This document shows positions 36,962 through 38,435 of a DNA stretch of 38,435 bases, piece after piece. The position numbers and the translations under genes are program-made. The notes under the pieces are model-generated. The model worked only from the letters and a program-made list of their open reading frames with translations, was not told the DNA's origin and did no database searches. The stretch is from a virus (taxonomy: Duplodnaviria > Heunggongvirae > Uroviricota > Caudoviricetes): the IMG/VR virus record IMGVR_UViG_2778261530_000011, one strand, 5' to 3'. Within the stretch, counting starts at the first letter, position 1, and the number at the start of each line of letters is the position of its first letter.

Positions 36962-37705
36962 ATGACAGAAACAGAATCAGCGATTCTGGCGCACGCCCGG
37001 CGATGTGCGCCAGCGGAGTCGTGCGGCTTCGTGGTAAGCACGCCGGAGGGGGAAAGATATTTTCCCTGCATGAATATTTCCGGTGAGCCGGAGGGTTATT
37101 TCCGGATGGCTCCGGAGGACTGGCTGCAGGCAGAGATGCAGGGTGAGATTGTGGCACTGGTCCACAGTCATCCCGGTGGTCTGCCCTGGCTGAGTGAGGC
37201 TGACCGGCGGCTGCAGGTGCAGAGTGATTTGCCGTGGTGGCTGGTCTGCCGGGGGGCGATTCACAAGTTCCGCTGTGTGCCGCATCTCACCGGGCGTCGC
37301 TTTGAGCACGGGGTGACGGACTGTTACACGCTGTTCCGGGATGCTTATCATCTGGCGGGGATTGAGATGCCGGATTTTCATCGCGAGGATGACTGGTGGC
37401 GTCACGGTCAGAATCTCTATCTTGACAATATGGAGGCAACGGGTTTTTACCGTGTCGCACTGACAGAGGCGCAGCCTGGCGACGTGCTGCTGTGCAGCTT
37501 TGGTTCATCGGTGCCGAATCATGCTGCCATTTACTGTGGTGACGGCGGGCTGCTGCACCATATTCCTGAACAACTGAGTAAACGAGAGAGGTACACCGAC
37601 AAATGGCAGCGACGCACACACTCCCTCTGGCGTCACCGGGCATGGCACGCATCTGCCTTTACGGGGATTTGCAACGATTTGGCCGCCGCATCGACCTTCG
37701 TGTGA
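36962..37705 (+). CDS. K: Tail assembly protein K (NlpC/P60 / JAB-like)
   Basis: Lambda gpK homologue from ATG 36962 (MTETESAILAHARRCAPAESCGFV). Confidence 0.9.
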   Translation: MTETESAILAHARRCAPAESCGFVVSTPEGERYFPCMNISGEPEGYFRMAPEDWLQAEMQGEIVALVHSHPGGLPWLSEADRRLQVQSDLPWWLVCRGAIHKFRCVPHLTGRRFEHGVTDCYTLFRDAYHLAGIEMPDFHREDDWWRHGQNLYLDNMEATGFYRVALTEAQPGDVLLCSFGSSVPNHAAIYCGDGGLLHHIPEQLSKRERYTDKWQRRTHSLWRHRAWHASAFTGICNDLAAASTFV

Positions 37706-38244
37706 AAACGGGGGCTGAAGCCATCCGGGCGCTGGCCACACAGCTCCCGGCGTTTCGTCAGAAACTGAGCGATGGCTGGTATCAGATACGGATTGCCGGG
37801 CGTGATACAGGTGAAAACGAATTATCAGCCCGTCTTAATGAACCGCTGGCAAATGGTGCTGTGATCCACATCGTGCCGCGTCTGGCAGGAGCCAAAAGTG
37901 GCGGTGTGTTTCAGGCTGTGCTGGGGGCGGCTGTTATGGCGGTTGCTATATGGATGCCGGGGGTAGGAATTATGGCGAGTAATCTGCTGTTTTCTCTCGG
38001 TGCCAGTATGACGCTTGGCGGTGTTGCACAGATGCTGGCCCCTAAACCCAAAACCCCCCGCACACAGACAACGGATAACGGCAAACAGAACACCTATTTT
38101 TCTTCACTGGATAATATGGTTGCCCAGGGCAATGTTCTGCCCGTTCTGTACGGTGAAATGCGCGTGGGGTCGCGGGTGGTCTCTCAGGAGATCAGCACGG
38201 CAGACGAAGGGGATGGTGGTCAGGTTGTGGTGATTGGTCGCTGA
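37603..38244 (+). CDS. I: Tail assembly protein I
   Basis: 213 aa lambda gpI homologue; overlaps the K 3' end. Confidence 0.9.
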   Translation: MAATHTLPLASPGMARICLYGDLQRFGRRIDLRVKTGAEAIRALATQLPAFRQKLSDGWYQIRIAGRDTGENELSARLNEPLANGAVIHIVPRLAGAKSGGVFQAVLGAAVMAVAIWMPGVGIMASNLLFSLGASMTLGGVAQMLAPKPKTPRTQTTDNGKQNTYFSSLDNMVAQGNVLPVLYGEMRVGSRVVSQEISTADEGDGGQVVVIGR

Positions 38245-38262
38245 TGAAAAACGTTTATGTGA

Positions 38263-38290
38263 AACCGCCTCCGGGCGGTTTTGTCGTTTA
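38263..38290 (+). terminator. Hairpin plus T-tract between I and J
   Basis: Stem aaccgcc/ggcggtt followed by TTTTGTCGTTT, the same tract as the terminator at 19129-19157. Confidence 0.45.
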
Positions 38291-38303
38291 TGGAGCGTGA
38301 GGA

Positions 38304-38435
38304 ATGGGTAAAGGCAGCAGTAAGGGGCATACTCCGCGCGAAGCGAAGGACAACCTGAAGTCCACGCAGTTGCTGAGTGTGATTGATGCCATCAGTGAAG
38401 GGCCGATTGAAGGTCCGGTGGATGGATTAAAAAGC
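38304..38435 (+). CDS. J: Tip attachment / central tail fibre protein J, 5' partial (runs off the window)
   Basis: First 44 codons MGKGSSKGHTPREAKDNLKSTQLLSVIDAISEGPIEGPVDGLKS match the lambda gpJ N-terminus. Confidence 0.9.
   Translation, partial: MGKGSSKGHTPREAKDNLKSTQLLSVIDAISEGPIEGPVDGLKS

Noticed and set aside
36157-37071. 304-aa minus-strand ORF spanning the L and K genes
   Set aside because: Antisense to two near-identical lambda tail gene homologues; long spurious ORFs are expected in this GC-rich region.

Overview
This window is the left ~38 kb of an integrated lambda-like (cos-packaging, siphovirus-type) prophage of an enterobacterial host, called by recognising protein families in the supplied ORF translations and by reading junctions by eye; no searches were run. 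Layout: host prfC 5' remnant and attL (1-385); P4/CP4-57-type integrase (+); a visibly AT-rich three-gene minus-strand cargo cassette (GHKL ATPase, STAS-like DUF4325 protein, membrane-anchored protein); excisionase and early-left genes (minus; DUF551, Ea22-like, HD hydrolase, DUF2303); a ~670 bp ORF-free structured leader; CI repressor (minus) and Cro-like (+) around palindromic operators; replication and nin-like genes (YdaT-like, O-like initiator with internal iterons, PerC-like, Dam-like methyltransferase, RusA, KilA-N, DUF968, Q-like); a second AT-rich two-gene minus-strand moron (342-aa soluble protein plus 4-TM membrane protein) between Q and the lysis cassette; S-R-Rz/Rz1; bor; cosN; and a lambda-collinear head and tail module Nu1-A-W-B-C-D-E-FI-FII-Z-U-V-G/T-H-M-L-K-I with the start of J at the window edge. 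The two AT-rich minus-strand cassettes sit in classical prophage cargo hotspots and are the best candidates for undescribed accessory systems (possibly anti-phage). No CRISPR array, tRNA, rRNA or IS element was recognised.
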